64,000 bases of DNA from Amoebidium appalachense (lineage: Eukaryota; Protista; Ichthyosporea): assembly GCA_963693365.1 (NCBI GenBank), contig CAVNZM010000003.1, positions 12,677,252 through 12,741,251 on the forward strand. Reading direction: 5' to 3'. The translations under genes and the position numbers were made by a program. This document shows positions 40,457 through 52,660 of this stretch, piece after piece (position 1 is the first letter of the stretch; each line of letters starts with the position of its first letter). Below the pieces are notes generated by a model. That model saw only the letters and a program-made list of their open reading frames with translations, was not told the origin of the DNA and ran no database searches.

Positions 40457-42193
40457 TTAGCCGAGTGCATGCATGCGTGCAGGTGCCTTCCCGTCTCCTT
40501 TTTCTGTTCTTCCTTGTGTGGTGGTGATGGGGTGTGTGTATTGGGGGGTGTACCCGGATTCGGAAAATCATAACCAATGTGCCCTTCCTCGTCCCACCCA
40601 ACAGCACCAGTGTCTTCCTCGTCTTCCCCTTCTCCTTTTTCTTGTTCTTCTTCTTCTGTGTGTGGTGGTTGTGTGTGTGTGTGGGAGAGGGGGGATTACT
40701 TCTTCTGTGTGTGGTGGTTGTGTGTGTGTATGTGGGAGAGAGGGGATAAGCCGAGGTGCATGCATGCGTGCAGGTGTGCGATGGCTTCAATGTGTGGGTG
40801 CTTGGGTGGTTGGTTGTGTGTGCCGAGGTGCATGCATGCGTGCAGGTGTGCGATGGTTTCAATGTGTGGGTGCTTGGGTGGTTGGTTGTGTGTGCCGAGG
40901 TGCATGCCTGCGTGCAGGTGCCTTCCCGTGGTGTGTGTGTGGGGGGTGGGGGGGGGGATAGCCGAGTGCATGCATGCGTGCAGGTGCCTTCCCGTGGTGT
41001 GTGTGTGGGGGGGGGGGGGGGGGATAGCCGAGTGCATGCATGCGTGCAGGTGCCTTCCCGTGGTGTGTGTGTGGGGGGGGTGGGGGGGGGGGGGGGATAG
41101 CCGAGTGCATGCATGCGTGCAGGTGCCTTCCCGTGGTGTGTGTGTGGGGGGGGGGGGGGGGGGATAGCCGAGTGCATGCATGCGTGCAGGTGCCTTCCCG
41201 TGGTGTGTGTGTGGGGGGGGGGGGGGGGGATAGCCGAGTGCATGCATGCGTGCAGGTGCCTTCCCGTGGTGTGTGTGTGGGGGGGGGGGGGGGGGGATAG
41301 CCGAGTGCATGCATGCGTGCAGGTGCCTTCCCGTCTCCTTTTTCTGTTCTTCCTTGTGTGGTGGTGATGGGGTGTGTGTATGGGGGGGGGGGTACCCGGA
41401 TTCGAAAAATCATAACCAATGTGCCCTTCCTCGTCCCACCCAACAGCACCAGTGTCTTCCTCGTCTTCCCCTTCTCCTTTTTCTTGTTCTTCTTCTTCTG
41501 TGTGTGGTGGTTGTGTGTGTGTGTGGGAGAGGGGGGATTACTTCTTCTGTGTGTGGTGGTTGTGTGTGTGTGTGGGAGAGGGGGGATTACTTCTTCTGTG
41601 TGTGGTGGTTGTGTGTGTGTATGTGGGAGAGAGGGGATAAGCCGAGGTGCATGCATGCGTGCAGGTGTGCGATGGCTTCAATGTGTGGGTGCTTGGGTGG
41701 TTGGTTGTGTGTGCCGAGGTGCATGCATGCGTGCAGGTGTGCGATGGCTTCAATGTGTGGGTGCTTGGGTGGTTGGTTGTGTGTGCCGAGGTGCATGCAT
41801 GCGTGCAGGTGTGCGATGGCTTCAATGTGTGGGTGCTTGGGTGGTTGGTTGTGTGTGCCGAGGTGCATGCATGCGTGCAGGTGTGCGATGGCTTCAATGT
41901 GTGGGTGCTTGGGTGGTTGGTTGTGTGTGCCGAGGTGCATGCATGCGTGCAGGTGTGCGATGGCTTCAATGTGTGGGTGCTTGGGTGGTTGGTTGTGTGT
42001 GCCGAGGTGCATGCATGCGTGCAGGTGTGCGATGGCTTCAATGTGTGGGTGCTTGGGTGGTTGGTTGTGTGTGCCGAGGTGCATGCATGCGTGCAGGTGT
42101 GCGATGGCTTCAATGTGTGGGTGCTTGGGTGGTTGGTTGTGTGTGCCGAGGTGCATGCATGCGTGCAGGTGCCTTCCCGTGGTGTGTGTGTGT

Positions 42194-42233
<40 letters not shown>

Positions 42234-43038
42234 TACCCGGCTGGAAACCCCACGACTCTCCCCCTTCTCCTTTCCACTCCTCATACTCTCTTTCCCTTCC
42301 CCGACTCTCCCCCTCCCTCTCCATCCCTCCCCCCTTCTTTCTCTCCTCCCCCCCTCTTTCTCTCCCCTCCACTCTCCCCCTTCTCCCTCTTCTCCCCCCC
42401 TCTCCTTCTTCATCACTCTCATGGACCTCCACTCTTGCCCGCTTTTTCGGGTGGTCCGGCAGTTTGACAGCAGGACTGCCTGGAGGGCTGTGTGCAGCCC
42501 CATCCCACTGCACTTTCCAGTTGAATTCTTTGAATAACCAGGAAATTTGGGCCTCCCCCGGCAAAGAACCCGTCACGTCAGGTATGTGACTAAAGTCGTC
42601 GCTGCCAGGGTAAATGGAAAGTCGACTGAGCATGACCGCCAAACCATCCGAGTTTCCATGATAGTTTCCAAGATCATAAACTCTCCACTGAGGGCCGCCC
42701 CATTTCAGAATCCACGCTATAGTCGCATGGATACCCTTGTTGTTTGGGAGTTCTTGCAATCGATGACCCTTCCTGTGCCAAAGACGCCCGTCGTTGAGTT
42801 CAAACAAGAAGACCGAAACGCCATCTGAATTGCTGGGTTGCACCACGTGTATTATTGGCGCCATCTTCTTTTTCTGATGATGACGATAAAGACACTGTCG
42901 CGTGAGTAGCCCTCTACCCGTGAATATGATTGTAGGGTCGGCATGTTTCGAGAACTCGAATGTCGGTGGGTTGGTTTGTATGTTGCTCTGGAACACATTA
43001 TCGATGAGCGCTAGAAACTGTTCGTCGGTGGCAGCCAT
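35149..43038 (-). CDS. Spliced JmjC-domain protein, KDM4-like histone demethylase. Exons: 43038-42237, 41497-41396, 40655-40554, 37983-37649, 37587-37465, 36626-36520, 36311-36107, 35897-35661, (possibly 35379-35317), 35232-35149
   Basis: GT-AG introns with consistent phases join GAVKFVPP, EEEFW...LYGTD, GISTPMLY, FVPHTED..GSVN...KSWY and HK...QQAGEVIYTLPGAYHFGY...AEAVNFA. The Fe ligands HxE...H are intact. Confidence 0.85.
36700..37450. repeat. CA-rich ~46-bp intronic minisatellite
   Basis: ACAACATACACTCTCCGCACAAACACACGCACGCACGCATCCCTAC repeated about 15 times. Confidence 0.95.
38000..41335. repeat. Intronic satellite GGAT(T)AGCCGAGTGCATGCATGCGTGCAGGTGCCT with GT and poly-G spacers, tens of copies
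   Basis: Directly visible tandem array inside the JmjC introns. Confidence 0.97.
41641..42175. repeat. 72-bp tandem repeat x7
   Basis: GCCGAGGTGCATGCATGCGTGCAGGTGTGCGATGGCTTCAATG... at 72-bp period. Confidence 0.97.
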
Positions 43039-43040
43039 GT

Positions 43041-43107
<67 letters not shown>

Positions 43108-43114
43108 GTGTGTG

Positions 43115-43400
43115 TGAACTACCAGCGCTGGTGCCAGAGCTCGTGTGTGTGGCGCTATGTTATGTTCCCGTGTCTAGTCTGCAATTTGTATGTTTAAAAT
43201 GGGTGTGTGTGTGTGTGTGTGTGTGTGTGAACTACCAGCGCTGGTGCCAGAGCTCGTGTGTGTGGCGCTATGTTATGTTCCCGTGTCTAGTCTGCAATGT
43301 GTATGTTTAAAATGGGTGTGTGTGTGTGTGTGTGTGTGTGCGTGTGTGTGGCGCTATGTTATGTTCCCGTGTCTAGTCTGCAATGTGTATGTTTAAAATG
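43115..43400. repeat. About 92-bp tandem repeat (2 full, 1 partial) upstream of the JmjC gene
   Basis: GTGGCGCTATGTTATGTTCCCGTGTCTAGTCTGCAAT repeated three times. Confidence 0.9.
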
Positions 43401-44479
43401 GGTCGGGAAAACGTGAAGGAATTAGACCTGTCTGTATTGACTGAAAAGGGGCAGCTGAAAGCGTGATTTGCACAGATTAACAGGTCTGTGTTCTCGTTAG
43501 TTTTTTTTTGTTTGTTATGACTCTGTCCTGTCACAACGAATGTTACACGAACTGATCAGTGTGGCGCACTTCAACTAAATCACGTCATTGAAATGATGGC
43601 TGGCCAATCAATCGTTATCTAGTTTGGCCAATGGAATGTGTGCTTGGCGCGTGTACGTGATACTATTGGCAACTTAAAATCGTTTCACCGACCCGTGGTT
43701 CATCCGAAACCCTTCCGCGAAGCGAAAATTGTGGGCTGATTAATATTATAACTTAGCTGCAATAAATATAAGATACCCCAAGATGATTTATTTATACACT
43801 TTTCTATACAAAAATATGCTTAGAAATTTGTGTGGAAAGCGTTTTGTCAAACCAATCCCCCAGTGCCCGATCGCGTTGATCCAACCTCTATCCACCAATC
43901 ACCGAATTAATCGTGTGCACCCCCAAGATGATTTATTTATACACTTTTCTATACAAAAATATGCTTAGAAATTTGTGTGGAAAGCGTTTTGTCAAACCAA
44001 TCTCCGAGAAGCCTTGAGGGTTCATCGTATTAAATGGCTAATCATGGCCGACACACGTTTGCCAAAAATACCAGTGCCCGATCGCGTTGATCCAAACCTC
44101 TATCCACCAATCACCGAATTAATCGTGTGCACATCACACATAAACGTGATAACTGACTTATCAGTCACTTTATATTAATAGTAGTACCGACCCTCGCTCA
44201 CCAGGACCCTTTCGTGAAGCAAGTAATTTTGTTATATACCCCAATATAAAATTTCCAAACAAAACAAAATAAATTTATACACTTTTAATACAAACATTTG
44301 CCTGAAACTGCGTTTTGAAAGCGTTATATTAATCCGGTCCGTTAAGAGTCATGGCGCGCTTGGCCAATCAGATTGTGCCATACAGACATTCGCGCTCTCA
44401 CGTGGATCCAATACTTATACACCAATCAGAAGTGTTCGGAAAAAAAGGGTCCCGCGCTGGATACAAATGGCTTGGTGTG

Positions 44480-44980
44480 TGTGTGTGTGTGTTTCATTTT
44501 GCATTGTGTAAGAGGCACTTTTTTTTTTGTTCACACTGCTTTACTTCGTGTAAATAATCAGTGACGAGTTTTTTTAATTCACGGTGTGTTTGCGCATCAT
44601 AGAATTTTGCTTTATTTTGCACTGTGTAAAAGGGACGTTTTTTTTTTGGTCACACTGCTTTGCTTCGTAAAAATAAGAGGGACGTTTTTTTTTTTTTTTT
44701 GGGTCACACTGCTTTGCTTCGTAAAAATAAGAGGGACGTTTTTTTTTTTTTTTTTGGGTCACACTGCTTTGCACGGGTTTTTTTTAGTTCACGGTGTGTT
44801 TGCGCATCATAGAATTTTGCTTTATTTTGCATTGTGTAAAAGGGACGTTTTTTTGGGTCACACTGCTTTGCTTCATAAAAATAAGAGGGACGTTTTTTTT
44901 TTTTGGTTCACACTGCTTTGCACGGGTTTTTTTTAGTTCACGGTGTGTTTGCGCATGATAGAATTTTGCTTCACTTTGCT
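44480..44980. repeat. T-rich compound repeat
   Basis: TTCACGGTGTGTTTGCGCAT.ATAGAATTTTGC x3 and GGGACGTTTTT..GGTCACACTGCTTTGC several times. Confidence 0.85.
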
Positions 44981-44996
44981 TCTTGTGACAATAATC

Positions 44997-45862
44997 ATGA
45001 ATCCTTTCAATATTCCCACCGACCCCCCCGCCGACCCCACCGACCCCAACACCGACCCCGCCGACCCCGCCGACCCCAACAAACCCCCCGCCGACCCCAA
45101 CACCGACCCCGCCGACCCCGCCGACCCCGCCGACCCCAACACCGACCCACCGACCCCGCCGACCCCAACAAACCCCCCGCTGACCCCAACACCGACCCCG
45201 CCGACCCCGCCGACCCCAACACCGACCCCGCCGACCCCGCCGACCCCAACACCGACCCCGCCGACCCCAACACCGACCCTACCAACAAACCCCCCGCCGA
45301 CCCCAACACCGACCCTACCAACAAACCCCCCGCCGACCCCGCCAACCCCAACAATCCACCCACCATCGACCTAAAGTTTATGGAACAACTATATGCATTG
45401 GCATCGCTTCACGTCGCCAATCCCACTGTCACCCCCAACACCACCATTGCCGAGTTACAAAAGCAACTCGATTCGAAGGAGAAAGAGCTGCAGGCGGCAA
45501 GACAAGATATCCAAGTTATGAAGGAAAAGGTATTGGAGGTGCAAGCGACGGCAGAAAGAGACGCACAGATTGCTTCTGCCCGAAACATCGTGTCGTCCGA
45601 AAGGGTGCGGGATCTCGAAGACCAGGTAGTTGAGAAAGTGGCCGGAAATTTGGCATTGCAGGCCATGTTGGAAACACAGAAGGCCGAAAATGGAAAGCTG
45701 AAGACGGAGATGGCTGAAATGAGGGAATCTTATCGCAAATCAATTGATGAGACCACCAATCTTCTTCGGGGGTTTGAACGCACCCATAGCATTCTCCCGC
45801 CCCCCCCCCACAAACCGCAACATTCTCGAGTCTTCCTCGGCCATGCAACCCCTCCCCGGTAG
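44997..45862 (+). CDS. Asp/Pro/Ala-repeat plus coiled-coil protein (one frameshift near 45150)
   Basis: MNPFNIPTDPPADP... 9-bp-based repeats continue in another frame as DPADPN..., followed by a long coiled coil. Confidence 0.6.
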
Positions 45863-46759
45863 TGCCGCACCCCCCCCCAACCTTCTTGGGTCTTCGGTTA
45901 TGCAACCCCTCCCCGGTAGTGCCGCACCCCCCCCCCAACCTTCTTGGGTCTTCGGTTATGCAACCCCTCCCTGGTAGTGTCGCACCCGCCAGGGGTAGTC
46001 GGCCCCTCATCGGTATGGCCACATACAGCACGAATATGCAATCCTCCCCCGCCATGTCCACTCCCCCTTCTGCCAATTCGATGCATATGAATCCTATCTT
46101 CGATATGTACTTGGGTTCCACGATGATCGACTCGTCACCCACAGGACCAGGGTCGCACTATCCGTACACATCCAAGAGGGGGGGTCGGATCTTACTGGTG
46201 CACACAAACGGTCACGTTCCGGGGAGATGGATTTCGAGGCTCGAACGAATAGTATGCTCACAGTCATGGTCCACGAGAAGACGGGTGATGCGAATAGAGG
46301 AAAAGAGAGTGGTCGGGCTGTGAGGAAAGACAAACGGGAACGAAAACCACCCCCCAAACCGGCCCCAATCAAGGGACGGTCCAAAACGAAGCAGGTCTAT
46401 GGTCGGGTCAGTGATGAAGGAGATTCTGAAGAAGAAGAAAACGATAAGTGAGTTGTGGTTGAGAGTGTGATTTTTTGATTCAAGTTGTTGTGTATGTAGG
46501 GCGTCACGTCATGGTTATATTATAGTCACATGAGTGCTTGCTGTGGTATTTTAATGTTTTATTGTTTGGTATATGGTCTTAGACCCCCATATATGTGTAC
46601 AACTTTTAGCTTTTCTGTTAACGTGACTGGATATTGGTACAAATCTTGGGTTTTCTGTTTACAACCAGTTGGATGTTCGTTTTACAAAGGTGTTTTTTTA
46701 CAAAAAGAAGTCCGGTATCCGAAGTGTGTTTCAAGTGCAAGCAAGTCCCGTGCACACAC

Positions 46760-47612
46760 AACCCCCCCCCCCTCTCCCCTGTCATGCATGCCCCTGCAAA
46801 AGAGACCCGTGCACACACGTTCACTTTCCCTCCCCCCCCCCTCTCCCCTGTCATGCATGCCCCTGCAAAAGAGACCCGTGCACACACGTTCACTTTCCCT
46901 CCCTATCTTTGCACACACACACAACCCCCCCCCCCCCCCCCCTCCCTCTTCCTCTCCCTCTTTCCTGTCATGTATGCCCCTGCAAAAGAGACCCGTGCAC
47001 ACACGTTCACTTTCCCTCCCTATCTTTGCACACACACACAACCCCCCCCCCCCCCCTCCCTCTTCCTCTCCCTCTTTCCTGTCATGTATGCCCCTGCAAA
47101 AGAGACCCGTGCACACACGTTCACTTTCCCTCCCTATCTTTGCACACACACACAACCCCCCCCCCCCCCCCTCCCTCTTCCTCTCCCTCTTTCCTGTCAT
47201 GTATGCCCCTGCAAAAGAGACCCGTGCACACACGTTCACTTTCCCTCCCTATCTTTGCACACACACACAACCCCCCCCCCCCCCCTCCCTCTTCCTCTCC
47301 CTCTTTCCTGTCATGTATGCCCCTGCAAAAGAGACCCGTGCACACACGTTCACTTTCCCTCCCTATCTTTGCACACACACACAACCCCCCCCCCCCCCCT
47401 CCCTCTTCCTCTCCCTCTTTCCTGTCATGTATGCCCCTGCAAAAGAGACCCGTGCACACACGTTCACTTTCCCTCCCTATCTTTGCACACACACACAACC
47501 CCCCCCCCCCCCCCCCTCCCTCTTCCTCTCCCTCTTTCCTGTCATGTATGCCCCTGCAAAAGAGACCCGTGCACACACGTTCACTTTCCCTCCCTATCTT
47601 TGCACACACACA
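46760..47612. repeat. About 120-bp minisatellite, about 7 copies
   Basis: CTGTCATGTATGCCCCTGCAAAAGAGACCCGTGCACACACGTTCACTTTCCCTCCC units. Confidence 0.95.
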
Positions 47613-47614
47613 AT

Positions 47615-48705
47615 GGCTGGCGCTGTGTGTGTGTCGTGGAGTTGTCTTCACTTTTGCTGGCTGGCGCTGTGTGTGTCGTGGAGTTGTCTTCTCTTTTGCT
47701 GACGCGGAGTTATCTTCTCTTCTATTGTATCCACTTTCTCTAATATACAGCGCTGGCGCTGTGTCCAGAGTAAATGTGTTTTTATTGTGTCCGGCCACTT
47801 TATAGTATGCAGCGCTTGTGCTGTGTATTGATTTCATTAAAAATCCGAGTGCCTCAGAGTGGTGTCGTACTCCGCAGCACCCGTCTTCTTATTGAAATAG
47901 TATATGACTGCATACATCAATGGTGTAACCAATAAACATGTGAGGACAATCTGACGTACACCAGATACATTTTGTTCACTTTCTCTCTAGCATTCGGTTC
48001 GGACTTCATTAAATTGTACCAGTGTATATTTGCAACGACACTGCATATAGATATCACATAAAGAATGCCTGTGGTGACCGTGCTGTCGAAATGTACGTGT
48101 ACCTCACAAAACTTTCAGTATCCGTGGAGTTGTCTTCTCTTTTGCTGGCTGGCGCTGTGTGTCGTGGAGTTGTCTTCTCTTTTGCTGGCTGGCGCTGTGT
48201 GTCGTGGAGTTGTCTTCTCTTTTGCTGGCTGGCGCTGTGTGTGTCGTGGAGTTGTCTTCTCTTTTGCTGACGCGGAGTTAGCTTCTCTTTTATTGTATCC
48301 ACTTTCTCTAATATACAGCGCTAATATACAGCGCTGGCGCTGTGTCCAGAGTAAATGTGTTTTTATTGTGTCCGGCCACTTTATAGTATGCAGCGCTTGT
48401 GCTGTGTATTGATTTCATTAAAAATCCGAGTGCCTCAGAGTGGTGTCGTACTCCGCAGCACCCGTCTTCTTATTGAAATAGTATATGACTGCATACATCA
48501 ATGGTGTAACCAATAAACATGTGAGGACAATCTGACGTACACCAGATACATTTTGTTCACTTTCTCTCTAGCATTCGGTTCGGACTTCATTAAATTGTAC
48601 CAGTGTATATTTGCAACGACACTGCATATAGATATCACATAAAGAATGCCTGTGGTGACCGTGCTGTCGAACATGTACGTGTACCTCACAAAACTTTCAG
48701 TATCC
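47615..48705. repeat. Near-identical tandem duplication of an about 500-bp segment with ~39-bp subrepeats at the junction
   Basis: 47700-48124 matches 48269-48705; GCTGGCTGGCGCTGTGTGTCGTGGAGTTGTCTTCTCTTTT subunits. Confidence 0.92.
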
Positions 48706-48977
48706 GACGTGTTACACCCCAAAAGTGACCTTCTGAGATCTTGCCTGTGGTACAAACTCTTGATGCCGTGTTGCTCTTGTGTTTTACCAGTACCCCTCTC
48801 TCCAGATGCCGAATTTAGATTGGAATTCGTGAATACACCCATGTGATTGGTCAGTGGTTTGGCACCAAGAGATTAATTGATATGCCATCAACCAGTCAAC
48901 AAAAAGTACTCGCTTTTACTTTTTGTCTCACTTCACCCCAATCCAAGAACAGTGCACACCAAAACAAAACACTAGAA

Positions 48978-49460
48978 ATGGGAGACGCACTTTTGTGCCC
49001 CGATTCGGTTGACCCCGAACGATGCCCTGCATTTGCACCCTCAAAAAAAGCCCAGTGCAAAAACAAAAAGGAAACATGCCCATACCACAAGGACGGCTTC
49101 AAGCCCTGGGTATGCTTTGCCCCTGCCACCGGTGTCCTCCTCTACAGCGACAACACCATCAACATCCTCCACCCCCACAAGGCCGGGGACTATGCTCATG
49201 CAAACCTCCTGCTGGACGACCTCCTGGCCGCCTTTACAGTCGCAGAAATGCAGCGCCCTCGCACCGAGCGCACCGGGGTACCCGTGCCAACTGTGTCCAC
49301 TCCGGATCCACCCATGGGTGCACCACAGCCACCGGTTGTAGCTGCGGCAGTGGGTGTGGGCAGGGAAAATGGGTACTGCCAGGGCAAAACCAAGGCTGGC
49401 AATCCCTGCAAAAACAGGGTGAAATCTACGACCCATTGCCATAAGCACACGCCCAAATAA
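48978..49460 (+). CDS. Intronless protein with two C3H zinc-ribbon motifs (DUF5763-like)
   Basis: CPAFAPSKKAQCKNKKETCPYH and CQGKTKAGNPCKNRVKSTTHCHKH; TAA stop overlaps AATAAA. Confidence 0.7.
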   Translation: MGDALLCPDSVDPERCPAFAPSKKAQCKNKKETCPYHKDGFKPWVCFAPATGVLLYSDNTINILHPHKAGDYAHANLLLDDLLAAFTVAEMQRPRTERTGVPVPTVSTPDPPMGAPQPPVVAAAVGVGRENGYCQGKTKAGNPCKNRVKSTTHCHKHTPK

Positions 49461-49530
49461 AAAAACCAACCCCCCCCCCCCCCCTGCCTCCCCTGCACGT
49501 GTGCCTCCCCTGCCCCCCTGCACGTGTGCC

Positions 49531-49568
<38 letters not shown>

Positions 49569-50601
49569 TGCCTCCCGGAACCACGCTCCCAGTGGAGTCT
49601 CTTAGTACACGTGACCATGGCCATATGCATACACAACATTTATCCACGCCGTGAGTGGCCCCCCAGTCTCCCCTGCTCCCCTGCCTCCCCTGCACGTGTG
49701 CCTCCCCTGCCTCCCGGAACCACGCCCGGCGCAGTGCCAGTGAGTGCTCCCCTGCCTCCTGCACGTGTGCCTCCCCTGCCTCCCCTGCTCCCCTGCCTCC
49801 CGGAACCACGCCCCGGCGCAGTGGCAGCTATTTTTAGATATAGAGATTCCATGGCCACATGGCCAGATGGCCAGATCGTTTTGGCTCCCGTTTTATCCCG
49901 TTTTATCCACCTTTTTCACACACTGAATTTGACCTGGCCATCTGGCCATCTGGGTAGAGACCGTTTTCTGTTCTAATATTGGAGAACTGTCTGATAGTGA
50001 TAGAAAATGTCATTCGAAGAACAATCGGGAAACCCCGTGTGTGACAACCAATCAGAATGAAGCAAGCTAAAGCCGCATCGTAGGTATGATTGGAGGAGGC
50101 AGTTTAGGTGCTCCAATCAGCACAGAAGCCCGCACCGCCCTCGACAGCCTGAGTGCGTGACAAATGCACAAGTTGATACCCATGGGTTATGCGCAAGTAA
50201 ATACTTTTTCCTCTCTTTCTAGAAAAAAAGGAGTTATCAAGTCATTATTCCAACCTACATCAAGCCAAGTGCACAAATATGGTGACTTCAGGTGTCAGGT
50301 GCAGAAATATTTATTATGCATCATCGATCCGCCGCCGGCGTTCGCCGGGAACTTCGCAAGTTCGGAGGCGTAGCGCTAGCGGAAGTTGTGGAAAGAATGT
50401 GCCAGGGCATTTGCTCATTGGTTGACCAATATGCACTCGCAACGAAAAAATTATGCAAGTAAGCAGCGGCAGCCAGCACAGTCAGCCTCGGCAAACGTAC
50501 ATAAACCGACACCTCCCCGCACATTTGCCATCAGTCTCTTTTACTCATCCTATCAATCAACCTCCTTCCATAAAGGCGGCCGTAGAACATCGATATCGAC
50601 C

Positions 50602-51209
50602 ATGAAGCCTCTTCTTGCCCACGTGGTTGTGATGGCCGCCGGCCTGACGTCCATTTGCGGAGTTACGGCCGCACCAGCAGCGGCTGCCCCTGCCCTTTCC
50701 CTGCCTGTAATCTCCAACAAGCTGGTGAGTATATATACACATGCATATAGTCCGCGTCCGCACGATAGATACATATGACCCGACACCAATTCACTTTAGC
50801 AAGTCTATAGGAAAGACTTAACAGGTGTTAGCATGTAGGATGCATGATATTATGGCCTGCGGCGGCACGACGTAACACCACAAGTTCGTCGACTCTCATT
50901 AGAAGCAACACTTCTAACCCATCACCTTTTTCCTCTCCTCATCAAACAATGGACACCCTACAGCGATGCAGTCAAGCAGCCGGCACCTCTTGCAAACCCC
51001 AACCCGCCCCCGGCAAACCTACCGCCCTCACGTGCAGTAGTGGACAGCCCGGGGGCATTTGTTGTTGACGCAGCGAAGGCCGTGGCGCAGGAGACAGGAA
51101 AGAAGGTGACGCACTATGTTTACAGCCACCGCCATCTCGATCATAAAGCTCACGTGCAGGAGTTCAAGGACATGGGGGCTACCATCGTGGGCCATGCTGA
51201 CACTGCTAG
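50602..51209 (+). CDS. Secreted metallo-beta-lactamase-fold protein, partial or pseudogene
   Basis: Signal-peptide exon 50602-50723 ending at GTGAGT. A second exon carries VVDSP...VTHYVYSHRHLDH...IVGH and ends at GTACGT. Phases do not join directly and downstream exons were not found. Confidence 0.6.
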
Positions 51210-51576
51210 GTACGTGCCATCAATAAAGCCACGCGAAATGCGTGGGTGGATGGGTGGGTGAGAGTGGGGTGGGGAAGGAGGGTGGGAGGTGGGCCCGGGG
51301 AGGGGGGGGGGGGGGGGGGAGGTGACGGGATCCGGTGAACGTTCATATTATTAGTACATAGTGTTCAAAATGATTACCGGTGTCTGCGAGAAAGGGGTGG
51401 GTGAGGGGGGAAGAGGATGAAGGTGGAGAGGCTTGAAAGTTTGATAGCAAGTAAAAGGATATATAAGGGGAGCATTTTTATTTACGGCCCCCCGGATGTC
51501 TAGATCTATTGATTACTGTTAGTATTAGCATGATGTCCAGTCATTCATTTGCGGGCAAGTCATCCAACAATATTAG

Positions 51577-51616
<40 letters not shown>

Positions 51617-51697
51617 CCCCCCCCCCCCCCCTCCCCGGATCCCCCCCCCGGGCTCTTATCACCCCCCCTTCCCCCCCACCCTTCGGGGCCTCCGGGT

Positions 51698-51734
<37 letters not shown>

Positions 51735-52049
51735 AAAGAGGAAAAAACAAAAATACAAGCACAGAATGCACACACACATGTACACACATTGTTGTAACAA
51801 ACACACTGTATTGACACACGTACACCATTGGAAACAAGAAAAAATTCAAACTTCCAAACTTTATGGGGAACTTTGTTTATAATTCTTTGATACTGCATGC
51901 ACAGGTACCTGTCCAAGAAAAAACTCCGGCGAGGGGCGCGCGGGGTGGGGGGAGGGGGGAGGGGGGGGGGGGGGGGGGGTGCAGGGGAGGGAGGTGTCGA
52001 TGGGTGCATGATGTTGTGACGAATATTAGCCATACGAATAACTTTTTTT

Positions 52050-52660
<611 letters not shown>

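Noticed and set aside
41587-42236. His-rich repeat C-terminus of the 483-aa ORF
   Set aside because: Read-through into an intron; a GT donor at 42236 joins in phase to downstream exons.
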